This document shows, piece after piece, positions 10,749-21,376 of a stretch of DNA of 64,000 nt. The stretch's first letter is position 1; every line of letters starts with the position of its first letter. The notes beneath the pieces were generated by a model that made no database searches, was not told where the DNA came from, and saw only the letters and a list, made by a program, of their open reading frames with translations. Source of the DNA: an uncultured Nitrospiraceae bacterium (GTDB taxonomy: Bacteria; Nitrospirota; Thermodesulfovibrionia; Thermodesulfovibrionales; SM23-35). The DNA is taken from contig CAVSHB010000004.1 in NCBI GenBank assembly GCA_963727775.1, positions 64,001-128,000 of the forward strand, written 5' to 3'. The position numbers and the translations under genes are program-made.

Positions 10749-11164
10749 TCCCATCGGGAAGCAAGGTCTTCTGTGACACGTCGTTTTTTTTCGCATCGTT
10801 AGCTCCCGACGACTCCAATTACGACAGGGCCGGTGAAATACTTGAACACTGCAGAGACAATGCTGTCATGCTTTACACCACATGGGACGTTATCAGCGAA
10901 ACTATTACTCTGTTGAGGTACCGCGCAAGCTATCAGCTGGCTGTTCAGTTTCTCGAAAGTATCAAGCCTTCCCTGTTGATTGTGAGTTATGACGCTTCTA
11001 TAAGAAAAGCGGCTGAGGAGATATTCAAGAAACTCTCGAAGGACAAGCGTCTTTCCTTTTGTGACGCCATTTCTTATGTTGTGGTTATTCATATTCTCAA
11101 CGATGTCCCTTGTCTGTCATTCGATAGAGACTTCAAAAGTCTTGGGCTCACGGTCTATCCATAA
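10745..11164 (+). CDS. PIN-domain (VapC) toxin
   Basis: FCDTSFF, ETITLL, LSFCDAIS, SFDRDF. Confidence 0.88.
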   Translation: MIPSGSKVFCDTSFFFASLAPDDSNYDRAGEILEHCRDNAVMLYTTWDVISETITLLRYRASYQLAVQFLESIKPSLLIVSYDASIRKAAEEIFKKLSKDKRLSFCDAISYVVVIHILNDVPCLSFDRDFKSLGLTVYP

Positions 11165-12167
11165 TAATCTCATACTTTCCTAATCCAAACCCCGTCCCTT
11201 TGCCCACATGCAAAATCTCTCCTGCTATGATCAACGGCATAAAGGGTTCCATATCTCCCTCAAAAGTTATCTCGCCTACAAACCCTCCCATATTGATCCT
11301 CGTCTCCTGTCTGCCTGAATACCTCGACCAGTCATACCACCTTAACTTTTTCTCTTTCACCTTCACTTCTTTAGCCTTTTCGATAAGCCCATTAAAGTCC
11401 CATTCAGATGGGTCGCCGCTGCAGTGGAAATAATAAAGCAGGGACAGTCTTCTCAAAAGGTTTCTAATGAGCATGTGGAACTCAAGGTCGAGGGTGAGGC
11501 TGCCGCTATAGAGAATTCTTGTGGGGGTCAAAAATGAAAGTTGCAAGCTTGGGGACAGTCCCGATTCTACCACCTTACTTCGCTCGGTCGGTAAATCTTG
11601 GGACAGTCCCCCTGAAAATCCCCCCTCTCCTCCCTTTGCCAAAGTGGGGACTCCCACATCTAAAGAGGCAGCTTCAAAGGACTTGAGGGTTTTGCTTGTG
11701 GAATCATAAATCAGTTTTCCATCGCAACTCACGGTGCTTAGCTCGTATTTTGCTTTGCCTTTGCCGAGCCCTGTCTTTCCGAGTTCATCGAAGGTGTAAA
11801 TGAAATATGGGAGGTAGTCTATAGCCCTTCCGATCAGCGTGAGACCGAAATTAATCTCATCCCCTGGCTTGTAGCCTCTCCTCTTTTCGGCGGATGGTTC
11901 GATAATGAAGGGATGCGGGGCCGCTTTGTATTTGCGCATCATTCTGGTATCCGAGGGCGGAGGGGTCTCGAAGACATAAGAATAAATGCATTTCTCTTTC
12001 AGGATACAATCGGGGCAGTCTTTATCTCTGACGGCGCATACGACACGTTTGAAGGCATATCCGAAGCCGCCTCTTAGAGTAGAACCTTTATAGCTGGGAA
12101 GAATAAGGGGTTCTAAGGCGGTGAGTCGAAATTGAAATTGCTTGTATTAAATAGAAGAATCAGCCAA
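11148..12167 (-). pseudogene. cas6: Cas6 endoribonuclease with premature stop at codon 7
   Basis: TTG 12167 after AGGAG; in-frame TAA 12147-12149; then KGSTLRGGFG..CxxCxLxxxC..FETP; C-terminal HVGKGTGFGLG G-loop. Confidence 0.85.
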
Positions 12168-12450
12168 GCTATCTCCTTAACTTACGGCGTTGTCAGCATC
12201 TTACCACAAAACGTAAATATTGTTGTAACTTTTTCTTGAAAATAAAACCTGTGTGGTGGAAACACTATTCAACATGGGGAACAACTTTTCAAAAATGCGC
12301 AGCACTGCGTGAATTGATGCTCTCTCCTGCCAGCCTGTGGCAGCCTGTAGCCGGGAAATGGAGGCATTGTAAATACCACTTTGTCACTGAAGTATACATA
12401 ATAAATAGTTTTGGATTAACACAATGCTCATATTCTGATAGAATATTTTT

Positions 12451-13212
12451 ATGTCTGTCATCCTTGTTACAAACGACGACGGTGTACATTCGCCTGGCCT
12501 GCTTTCCCTTTATGCTGCTATGCAGGAGCTCGGAGATACATACATAGTTGCGCCTGACAGGGAAAGGAGCGCCGTCGGCCATGCCTTGACGCTTCACAGG
12601 CCCCTTAAGGTTGAAGAGATAAGGAAACATGTATACAGCGTTAACGGCATGCCGACTGACTGCGTGGCCATAGGCGTCAACAAAATCCTTCCTGAAAAAC
12701 CGGCATTTGTCGTCTCGGGAATTAACAAAGGAGCAAACCTCGGAGATGATCTGACCTATTCCGGCACTGTTTCAGCCGCGATGGAAAGCACGATAATAGG
12801 CATTCCGTCCTTTGCCGTGTCTTTGTCTGTTCGAAAGGCGCCTTTTCATTTTGATACCGCGGCAAATATCGCCCTTAAGATCGGGAAATACGTCCTGGAA
12901 AATTCCTTGCCCTATGATACACTTTTAAATGTGAATGTCCCGGATGTGCCGATTCATGATATCAGGGAGATAAAACTGACGAGACAGGGCAAGCGCATTT
13001 ATGACGACTCTATCCAGGAGACTTTTGATCCTAATGGTAAAAAACATTACTGGATCGGAGGCGGAAAACCCTATTGGGAGCGTGGTGAAGACACGGACAT
13101 TCAGGCCGTTGAGGATAACTGCGTTTCCATCACACCCATCCACCTTGACCTCACAAATTATGAAGCTTTGAAATTCTTGAAAGACAGATTGTCCTTTCGT
13201 ATTCAGCGATGA
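12451..13212 (+). CDS. surE: 5'/3'-nucleotidase SurE
   Basis: ILVTNDDG, SGINKGANLG, YSGTVSAA. Confidence 0.97.
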   Translation: MSVILVTNDDGVHSPGLLSLYAAMQELGDTYIVAPDRERSAVGHALTLHRPLKVEEIRKHVYSVNGMPTDCVAIGVNKILPEKPAFVVSGINKGANLGDDLTYSGTVSAAMESTIIGIPSFAVSLSVRKAPFHFDTAANIALKIGKYVLENSLPYDTLLNVNVPDVPIHDIREIKLTRQGKRIYDDSIQETFDPNGKKHYWIGGGKPYWERGEDTDIQAVEDNCVSITPIHLDLTNYEALKFLKDRLSFRIQR

Positions 13213-14591
13213 AACACTATGATGTAATAATAGTCGGAGCAGGCCCGGCCGGCATATTCTCCGCCCTCGAACTGCTCAGGCAGCGGCAGGACGCAAAGGT
13301 CCTTATCATCGAAAAGGGCAGGGACATCCATAAAAGGATATGCCCGATGAAAGTTAAGGAGATATCATGCGCAGCCTGCCCGGAATGCGCGCTCCTCAGC
13401 GGCTGGGGCGGCGCCGGCGCTTTCAGTGACGGCAAACTGAATCTTTCTCCCGAAATCGGCGGCTTTCTCTCGAGATATATCGACATTAATTCCTTGCAAT
13501 CCCTGATAACTTATGTGGATGAAAGCTGGTTAAGTTACGGGGCACCGGAAAGACTTTATGGAGAGAACGAAAAAGAGATGAATGCGATTGCCCGCCTTGC
13601 GTCGGAAAATGACCTTCTCTTTATACCTTCAAGAATAAGGCACATAGGCACCGACAGGTGCGGCATCGTGCTTAACAATATCAGGCAATCACTGAATACA
13701 AAAATTGAAATTATGTTCAACTCGGAGGTTGATAGGGTAATTACGGAAAAAAGAAAGGCTGCAGGCGTCAGGCTAAAGGACGGTACCAGACTCCGTTCCG
13801 ATTTTGTAATACTTGCTCCCGGCCGCGAAGGTTCGAGATGGCTCGATAGAGAAACAAAGCGGCTCCGACTCACGATTCTGAAAAATCCCGTCGATATAGG
13901 GGTAAGGGTCGAAATCCCCGCCTCTGTTCTGGAGCCCATCACAAAAATTACTTATGAACCGAAATTGATTTTCCATTCAAAAAAATTCAACGACAAGGTG
14001 AGGACCTTTTGCGTAAATCCCTATGGAGAAATTGTAAAAGAATACCTGAAGGGTATCTGGACTGTAAACGGTCACAGTTATGCTAACAGTAAAACAGCCA
14101 ATACAAATTTTGCGTTGTTGGTCAGTACATTCTTTACGGAGCCCTTTGATGAGCCTATTCTATACGGGAGTTACATCGCGGGGCTTGCGAACCTGCTCGG
14201 TAAAGGCGTTATCGTGCAGCGTTTGGGAGATCTGCTCAACGGCAGGCGTTCAACTCATGAGAGAATATCCAACGGCGCAATAAGACCGACGTTGAAGGAC
14301 GCAACACCCGGCGATCTGAGTTTTGCTCTGCCGTACCGGCATCTCTCCGATATTATAGAAATGCTTGAGGTAATGGACAAAATTGCCCCCGGTATAAACT
14401 CGGAACACACGCTGCTCTATGGGATTGAAGTGAAGTTTTACTCGATGTTTCCCAGGCTCACGGAATCACTTGAGACAGAGATAAGCGACCTTTTCGCAGT
14501 CGGTGACGGCGCAGGAGTCAGCCGGGGAATTATACAGGCGTCCGTTTCAGGGGTAATAGCCGCAAGGGAGATAGCGCGGAGGCTTTGTTGA
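13209..14591 (+). CDS. NAD(P)/FAD-dependent oxidoreductase
   Basis: GAGPAG, GGAGAFSDGK, GDGAG. Confidence 0.85.
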   Translation: MKHYDVIIVGAGPAGIFSALELLRQRQDAKVLIIEKGRDIHKRICPMKVKEISCAACPECALLSGWGGAGAFSDGKLNLSPEIGGFLSRYIDINSLQSLITYVDESWLSYGAPERLYGENEKEMNAIARLASENDLLFIPSRIRHIGTDRCGIVLNNIRQSLNTKIEIMFNSEVDRVITEKRKAAGVRLKDGTRLRSDFVILAPGREGSRWLDRETKRLRLTILKNPVDIGVRVEIPASVLEPITKITYEPKLIFHSKKFNDKVRTFCVNPYGEIVKEYLKGIWTVNGHSYANSKTANTNFALLVSTFFTEPFDEPILYGSYIAGLANLLGKGVIVQRLGDLLNGRRSTHERISNGAIRPTLKDATPGDLSFALPYRHLSDIIEMLEVMDKIAPGINSEHTLLYGIEVKFYSMFPRLTESLETEISDLFAVGDGAGVSRGIIQASVSGVIAAREIARRLC

Positions 14592-15238
14592 CCGACTTCA
14601 AAGAATCAAGAGAATTTATGGTAAATACCCAGCTTATTCCGAGAGGTATTAAAGACGAGCGTGTTCTCAGCGCTATGAAAAAAGTCCCGAGGCATTTTTT
14701 TGTCGATGAATCCATGCAATATAAGGCCTATGATGATATGGCCCTTTCCATCGGAGAAGGCCAGACCATTTCACAACCATACATGGTGGCTGTTATGACG
14801 GAGCTCCTTGATCTGAAAGGGAATGAGAAGGTATTGGAAATAGGCACAGGTTCCGGATATCAGGCGTCGATCCTTGCAGAGCTTGCCCGGGAAGTTTTTA
14901 CAGTCGAACGGATTGCAGCGCTTGCGGCCCTTGCAGAAGAAAGATTCAGCTCTCTCGGATACGGCAACATCCGCATTAGAACCGGCGACGGCACTATAGG
15001 ATGGCCTGAAGAAGCTCCGTTTGACAGGATTATTATTACAGCCGGCACTCCGTCAATCCCTGGGCCTTTGGCAGGCCAGTTGTCCGAAGGCGGGATAATA
15101 ATTGCCCCTGTCGGAGACCGCTTCTCGCAGCAACTTATCAAGATCAAAAAATCTGAAGGCAGGCTTCTCGAAGAATATCACACTCCCTGTGTCTTTGTCC
15201 CTTTAATAGGTAAATACGCCTGGGACGTAAAAGATTAA
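14585..15238 (+). CDS. pcm: Protein-L-isoaspartate O-methyltransferase
   Basis: GQTISQPY, VLEIGTGSGYQA, FVPL. Confidence 0.96.
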   Translation: MLTDFKESREFMVNTQLIPRGIKDERVLSAMKKVPRHFFVDESMQYKAYDDMALSIGEGQTISQPYMVAVMTELLDLKGNEKVLEIGTGSGYQASILAELAREVFTVERIAALAALAEERFSSLGYGNIRIRTGDGTIGWPEEAPFDRIIITAGTPSIPGPLAGQLSEGGIIIAPVGDRFSQQLIKIKKSEGRLLEEYHTPCVFVPLIGKYAWDVKD

Positions 15239-15435
15239 CCCGCATTATTAATCCGAAAAATGCAGCCATTGTTCAAAAAATTATTTAACTCGATGAATTT
15301 ATTAAAAATATCGTTATGTCGGTAATCATAAAAATATTCCTCGGAGCATCAGTTAAAGGTACACTAAGGTATCGAAAAATAATTTATTTCACAACACCTG
15401 CATTTTTCTAATTGCAGTTTTGTGGTTAATAAAAT

Positions 15436-15575
15436 CGACAGATATAGTATTTAAGCGGATTTAAATTCTTTCGAAGAAAGAATTTACCTCGGAGGCCCGA
15501 TTTGTACCGGGCCGAGAATGAGCGCAAATACTATATCTGTTGTCACCCGCAAATTTTATGAATTAAGTCGGTTAA
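15436..15575. repeat. 140-bp structured dispersed repeat (MITE-like), copy 1
   Basis: Highly similar to 45939-46078; nested inverted repeats. Confidence 0.8.
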
Positions 15576-15588
15576 GTCACACTGAAGG

Positions 15589-17505
15589 TTATGCACGGAT
15601 CTGCTTTGCAATTTCTCGCATCAACCTCTGCAACCTCGCCCTATCCTCCCCCTTTATTTCTCTGCCTCCGAACCTGTATTCCTCATAAAGACTAATGAAC
15701 TCTGCTGCTTTGTTATTTTTACCGAAACGCATCAGCTCTTTTTTCACTTCTGCGGGCGTGGATGACGGTAATATTTTTGCGCCTTTTTTCTTTATCAAAG
15801 TTCTCAATTTAATATACTGAGCGGATGCAATACCATATCTCCGCGAACTTGTTTTTTTAATAAACAATAAAACCGTCAGAACAACCGTCAGGGCCGCTAT
15901 TCCATAGACAACCGCCGAGGATATCTCAGGCCTGAAGCCCGGCATTTGCGGCAGGCTAAGAGGCCTTGAAAATCCTTTCACAATACTTTTCTGGTCTGCA
16001 GAACTGAACGCCACAACATATCTCGACCACTTCATTTTCAGCATATCTATATAAAGCGCGAAGGTTGACGGCCGCTCAGCCGGAACAGCCGGCGTAGGGT
16101 CAAATATTCTCCAACTGCCGTCAATCACGGCTTCCACCCATGAATGGGCGTTACTCTGTCTCACAATTATATAACCGCCGTATTCGTTCAGCTCACCGCC
16201 GAAGAAACCAGTAACAATCCTTGCCGGTATATTCAAGGTTCTAAGCATCAGGACCATTGCAGTTGCATAATGCTCACAATATCCCTTCCTGGAGTTGAAC
16301 AAAAAATCTTCGACCGGTCCGGTCCCTTCCGGAGGCTTTGAGGTTGAAAGTGAATAGGTATAATTCTTTGTAAGGTATCTTTCTATTTTCAAAGCTTTAT
16401 CCAGGTCTTTATCTTTCCTGCCGACAATTTCGTGTGCAAGTTTCGAGACCCTGTCACTTCCAGCCGGCAGCTGAAGGTAATCAGCGACATTTCCACGAAG
16501 CCGTTCGGGTTCCTGAATGCTGTAAACCATATAATTGAACCTTTTGCCTTTCTTGGCGGGGAGAAACAATGATCCGGCGTAATCCTTAAAAAGCGTCCAG
16601 CCTGCTGCATCTATGGCGGCAATGTCTCTCAGGCCGAAGATTACGTCCGTATCCATCGGCTCAAGAAAAATCTTTTGGACTACCATGCTCTCCTTTTGAA
16701 AAGGCATTATGATAAAACGGTCATCTTTTTTGTAAACTCTTTCTTTTTCGCCAAAGGTGTCCTTCCATGATATGCCGTCGAAATAATTCAATGACATCCC
16801 TCTCCAGTAATAAGGAGGGTCCGATTTTCCTTTTATTTCGATTCTCATGACGACTGTCGGGTCCGTCTTGATATCGCCGAAAGAACCGAAATATACTTTG
16901 TCTGAAAACCCCACTGTCCTGATACTTTTCGTATGGACCTTTCCCCACAACCCTACCGGTATCCTCGGTATCGAGATAAAAAATACGCCGGTAAGCAAAA
17001 GCGCCAGGGAAGATATATAGGCCACGGGTCTCTTCATTCCGGAAATGATTGTTGTCCTTTCCTTTATAAAATGTGCTAATACTATCGCGGCGACAAAGGC
17101 GATAACAAACAGAATGAATATAACTCCAAATACAATGGAGTTTGTGAGCTCGGAGGCGACTATCAACTGAAGCAATGCAACAAAATATACCTGCAGGTGG
17201 TCCCAGGGCTCTTTCAGGTCAAAGCTCTTTATCGCCTGAAAAGCGATAGTAAGATGCGCGACTCCCAGGAAATAGTCATTTGAAATAATTAAGGAATCGA
17301 CAAAGAATACCACAAGGGTCAAAAGCGACAACCCGCCGATGGTCCATTTCGACGCCTGCGGCATGCCTTTCAAAAACCTGTAATATCCGGGGAAAAGCCC
17401 GATGCCGGTCAACGACATCAAATAATTTACTTCACCGGAGATAATGAGGCTCATGCATCCGGTAAAAGACAGGATAAAAGTCAGGGCCTTATATAGTTGA
17501 GGCAT
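15589..17505 (-). CDS. Transglutaminase TgpA family (DUF3488)
   Basis: N-terminal TM helices, YWRG, GYCEHYA, AHSWVE. Confidence 0.92.
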   Translation of the reverse strand: MPQLYKALTFILSFTGCMSLIISGEVNYLMSLTGIGLFPGYYRFLKGMPQASKWTIGGLSLLTLVVFFVDSLIISNDYFLGVAHLTIAFQAIKSFDLKEPWDHLQVYFVALLQLIVASELTNSIVFGVIFILFVIAFVAAIVLAHFIKERTTIISGMKRPVAYISSLALLLTGVFFISIPRIPVGLWGKVHTKSIRTVGFSDKVYFGSFGDIKTDPTVVMRIEIKGKSDPPYYWRGMSLNYFDGISWKDTFGEKERVYKKDDRFIIMPFQKESMVVQKIFLEPMDTDVIFGLRDIAAIDAAGWTLFKDYAGSLFLPAKKGKRFNYMVYSIQEPERLRGNVADYLQLPAGSDRVSKLAHEIVGRKDKDLDKALKIERYLTKNYTYSLSTSKPPEGTGPVEDFLFNSRKGYCEHYATAMVLMLRTLNIPARIVTGFFGGELNEYGGYIIVRQSNAHSWVEAVIDGSWRIFDPTPAVPAERPSTFALYIDMLKMKWSRYVVAFSSADQKSIVKGFSRPLSLPQMPGFRPEISSAVVYGIAALTVVLTVLLFIKKTSSRRYGIASAQYIKLRTLIKKKGAKILPSSTPAEVKKELMRFGKNNKAAEFISLYEEYRFGGREIKGEDRARLQRLMREIAKQIRA

Positions 17506-18496
17506 ATATCACCATATCGCTGTCATGAAGAAATCTGCCGAGCGGGGAATCTTCAGCATTGAGTATCAGGACCGTAAGTCCTTCAGTACCGAATTCGGCG
17601 GAGGAAGGGCATTCCCATGAGTCCTCGGACTCTATCACGGCAAGCACGTCGAGTATCTTAAAAAGATGTTCTTCCCCGCTGCCGAAAGGCACCACCTTTT
17701 TACAGGTAAGCAGTCTCACAAAAAATCCCTTTGTCAAAAATTTATCTGCCAAGGAGGCGGCAAATGAAACGGCCTTTTCAAAATATTCGTTATGAGACAT
17801 GAGGTTATCGAGCATTACGGTAAGCTTTCTCGGTTCTTCGGCGGCGGATTCCATTACCATCAACTTTGCCGTTTTTGCGGACGCCTTCCAGTGGATCTTG
17901 CGCCGGTCATCGCCGTATCTGAACTCCCTCATCACGGCCGGTTCATCGCCTTTTATGACATTCTGACGCAATAAGGCAAAAACTTCGTCTGTAAACTCTG
18001 GGACAATTTCATCTATGTTCTTTATCTCGGGATATACAATTACTTTATCGTCAATACTGCATAAGATCTTTTTCGTCAAAAAAATAAACGGGAAACCTGA
18101 TACGATAAAAAAATCGCCGTATCCGTAAACTCCTCTTTTGTTATATAGGACGGCAGCAGTCCTTAATGCATATGATGAACCCGAAATCTCGGGGAAATAC
18201 ACCGCGCCCTTTACCTGGGCCATTGTTACATTTATTGAATAGGAATGCGCTTTCTTCTTGTTGTTCGTCAAAGCTATATCGATATCCGACTGGCTGTTTG
18301 CAAATATGGGCCGGTTTTTAGATACCTTAAGGACCAATCCCCTCATATTGAACTTCAGGACAGCAATCGAAAGCACAAGTATTGAAAGCATCATCGACAA
18401 GATGAGATATATGAGATTATTGCCGGTATTGAATGCTGCGACGGCAATAAGAAATGTAGCGAGGAAGAACCTTTTGCCTTCCCTGCTTGGTTTCAT
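17489..18496 (-). CDS. DUF58 protein
   Basis: REFRYGDD.RKIHWKASAK. Confidence 0.9.
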   Translation of the reverse strand: MKPSREGKRFFLATFLIAVAAFNTGNNLIYLILSMMLSILVLSIAVLKFNMRGLVLKVSKNRPIFANSQSDIDIALTNNKKKAHSYSINVTMAQVKGAVYFPEISGSSYALRTAAVLYNKRGVYGYGDFFIVSGFPFIFLTKKILCSIDDKVIVYPEIKNIDEIVPEFTDEVFALLRQNVIKGDEPAVMREFRYGDDRRKIHWKASAKTAKLMVMESAAEEPRKLTVMLDNLMSHNEYFEKAVSFAASLADKFLTKGFFVRLLTCKKVVPFGSGEEHLFKILDVLAVIESEDSWECPSSAEFGTEGLTVLILNAEDSPLGRFLHDSDMVIYASTI

Positions 18497-19416
18497 ACAG
18501 GCACAGGAATTTTTTCGAGGATCTCTCCGATAACTTTTTCAGCGTCTGAAATGTAAGTCCTCGTTTTCAGTATAATCCTGTGGCCGAGGACCAGAGGCGC
18601 AGGTCCCTTTATGTCCTCAGGAACGACATAAGCCCTGCCTTCATAGTATGCGCTTGCTTTAGCGACCTTGAGCAGAAACTGTCCTCCTCTCGGGCTTGCG
18701 CCGAGACGTATTCTTTCGTTCGACCGGGTAGCGGTTATGATGGACAGAAGATAATCGGCCAGGCTGGCGTCAACCTTCACTTTATCAACCTCTTTCTGCA
18801 TCCTGACAATCTCTTCTGCCGAGACAACCGGGGACAGGGACTCAATAGCATCGAAACTTAATTGATCAAGTACAACCTGTTTTTCATAATCGGGAGACGG
18901 ATAACCGAGTTTAATATGCATCATAAACCTGTCGAGCTGGCTCTCGGGCAGGGGAAAAGTGCCGTGATATTCTATCGGGTTCTGCGTCGCTATGACCATA
19001 AACGGTTCAGGCAACGTATACGTTTTTCTCTCAACGGAAACTCTTCTCTCATTCATGGCCTCAAGGAGCGCTGATTGGGTCTTCGGATTTGTCCTGTTTA
19101 TCTCGTCGGCGAGCACGATGTTCGTAAATATCGGGCCTTCCCTGAATTCAAACTCCCGCGTATCGGGGTTATAAATATTTACGCCAATGATGTCCGTCGG
19201 TAAAAGGTCACTCGTGAATTGTATGCGCTGGAATGAACAGCTCGTCGCCTTTGCAATAGTAAACGCAAGCGTTGTCTTTCCTACGCCCGGCACATCTTCG
19301 ATGAGTAGGTGTCCCCTCCCCAGCAAAGCCACAATCGCCATCTTAACAGCGTTACTCTTTCCCCTAACAACAGATTCTATCCTCTGCTGCAGGATATTGA
19401 GATATTCATTCGACAT
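18493..19416 (-). CDS. moxR: MoxR-family AAA+ ATPase
   Basis: EDVPGVGKT, LADEINR, LPESQLDRF. Confidence 0.95.
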   Translation of the reverse strand: MSNEYLNILQQRIESVVRGKSNAVKMAIVALLGRGHLLIEDVPGVGKTTLAFTIAKATSCSFQRIQFTSDLLPTDIIGVNIYNPDTREFEFREGPIFTNIVLADEINRTNPKTQSALLEAMNERRVSVERKTYTLPEPFMVIATQNPIEYHGTFPLPESQLDRFMMHIKLGYPSPDYEKQVVLDQLSFDAIESLSPVVSAEEIVRMQKEVDKVKVDASLADYLLSIITATRSNERIRLGASPRGGQFLLKVAKASAYYEGRAYVVPEDIKGPAPLVLGHRIILKTRTYISDAEKVIGEILEKIPVPV

Positions 19417-19600
19417 ATACTTAATCTATCGCATTTGGACGTTCATCTCAAGTGACGGCAGCCATTTCTCACAAAAACCGGCTCCTGCAGAATTATTATT
19501 TCACACTGAATTATTTTTTCTTGACAAAATATTTTGACTTTTGTTATACATATGTCAAACAAATATATGATATTAATTCACTTGTTATTTATATAAAGAC

Positions 19601-19834
19601 ATGGAAGAGACCAAGAAAAAGTCGAGGAAGAAGAAGGGGGTACGGTATAGTGCATCTTTCACGATGAGGTTTGATTCCTTTACGCTTGAGATGATGGACA
19701 GGATTGCCTATGATGAGGACAAGACACGGCCGGAGCTTATCAGGTCGGCCATAAAGTTTCTTTTTGTAAAGAAATATCAGCTCGCCGAGTTAGAGAAGTT
19801 AAGGAAAAAGCACCGGCAAGATATTCCCGAATAA
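19601..19834 (+). CDS. Small ribbon-helix-helix (CopG-like) protein
   Basis: FTMRFD..MDRIA..TRPELIRSAI pattern. Confidence 0.6.
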   Translation: MEETKKKSRKKKGVRYSASFTMRFDSFTLEMMDRIAYDEDKTRPELIRSAIKFLFVKKYQLAELEKLRKKHRQDIPE

Positions 19835-19974
19835 AGCGCCAACCAGTCTAAACATGGTCCCGGCCAATCGTACTTTCTCTTGACAGTCTCCTTTTTTGAC
19901 CTTATTATTAGTGTAAATTTATTCACGTTTATTAAACACATCAATAATAAAGAAAATAGTCTAATAAAAAAGTC

Positions 19975-21357
19975 ATGAAAAAACCATGGGCGGGAAGGTT
20001 CAGGGAAAAGACTTCAAAGATCGTGGAATCTTTCACGGAATCCATCTCATTTGACCACCGCCTCTGGAGATACGACATTGAAGGCAGCATCGCGCACGCG
20101 AAGATGCTCGGCAAACAACGCATTATATCAAAAGAAGATTCTGCCGGGATAATCCGGGGGCTTGAAGATATAGCGAAAGAATTGGAGACCGGCAAGTTTG
20201 TCTTCAGGGAGGGGCTTGAGGATATCCATATGAACATTGAGGCCGCCTTAATTAAGAAGATAGGCGATGCAGGCGGAAAGCTCCATACGGCAAGGTCAAG
20301 AAACGACCAGGTTGCGCTTGATCTCAGGTTATATGTCAGAGCTGAGATAACAATGATATTGTCTTTGATCGGGAAATTCCAGAAGGTCCTCCTGAATACC
20401 GCGACAAAGCATTTAAATTCTTTAATGCCCGGATATACACACTTGCAAAGGGCACAACCGGTGCTTTTGTCACACCATCTCATTGCTTATGTCGAGATGT
20501 TGCAGAGAGATGCAGGGAGATTCAGGGATTCGCTGCAAAGAACAAATCTGCTCCCCCTGGGGTCATGCGCCCTTGCAGGCACAACCCTTCCCATTGACAG
20601 GGAATATACCGCAAAACTTCTCGGGTTTGAAGGCGTCATTGGGAACAGTATCGATTCGGTGTCCGACAGGGACTTCGCAATAGAGTTCCTGTCAAATTCC
20701 GCCATACTTATTATGCATCTATCGAGACTGGCCGAGGAGCTTATATTATGGTCCACAGAAGAATTCAAGTTCATCGCATTGCCTGAGGCTTTTACTACAG
20801 GTTCAAGCATTATGCCCCAGAAAAAGAACCCGGACGTTGCCGAACTCACGAGGGGAAAAACAGGAAGGGTTTACGGAAACCTTTTGTCTTTGCTCACAAC
20901 AATGAAAGGTCTGCCCCTGTCCTATAACAGGGACATGCAGGAAGATAAATTGCCCGTATTTGACAGCGCCGATACGATTAAATCCTGCCTTGCCGTAATG
21001 ATCGGGATGTTTCCCGGCATCAGATTTGACACACAAAGATTGCGCGGCACTGCCGGAGACGGATATTCCACTGCAACCGATCTCGCTGAATATCTTGTAA
21101 GAAAAGAGGTCCCTTTCCGAAAGGCGCATGAAATCACTGGAAAGGTGGTCCTATATTGCATCAATAAAAAGAAAAAGCTCGAAGCCCTTACATTGAAAGA
21201 ATTAAACACCTTTTCCGATCGGATCTCCGATGATATCTTTTCTTTTATTAAGGCCGATGCATCTGTCATGAATAAAAAATCCACAGGCGGGACATCTGTT
21301 AATGAGGTCATAAAACAGATAAGCAGACTCAGGAAGACAGTAGATAATAAACAATAG
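19975..21357 (+). CDS. argH: Argininosuccinate lyase
   Basis: LHTARSRNDQ, GSSIMPQKKNPD. Confidence 0.98.
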   Translation: MKKPWAGRFREKTSKIVESFTESISFDHRLWRYDIEGSIAHAKMLGKQRIISKEDSAGIIRGLEDIAKELETGKFVFREGLEDIHMNIEAALIKKIGDAGGKLHTARSRNDQVALDLRLYVRAEITMILSLIGKFQKVLLNTATKHLNSLMPGYTHLQRAQPVLLSHHLIAYVEMLQRDAGRFRDSLQRTNLLPLGSCALAGTTLPIDREYTAKLLGFEGVIGNSIDSVSDRDFAIEFLSNSAILIMHLSRLAEELILWSTEEFKFIALPEAFTTGSSIMPQKKNPDVAELTRGKTGRVYGNLLSLLTTMKGLPLSYNRDMQEDKLPVFDSADTIKSCLAVMIGMFPGIRFDTQRLRGTAGDGYSTATDLAEYLVRKEVPFRKAHEITGKVVLYCINKKKKLEALTLKELNTFSDRISDDIFSFIKADASVMNKKSTGGTSVNEVIKQISRLRKTVDNKQ

Positions 21358-21376
21358 ACATGGAAATATAAACGAT

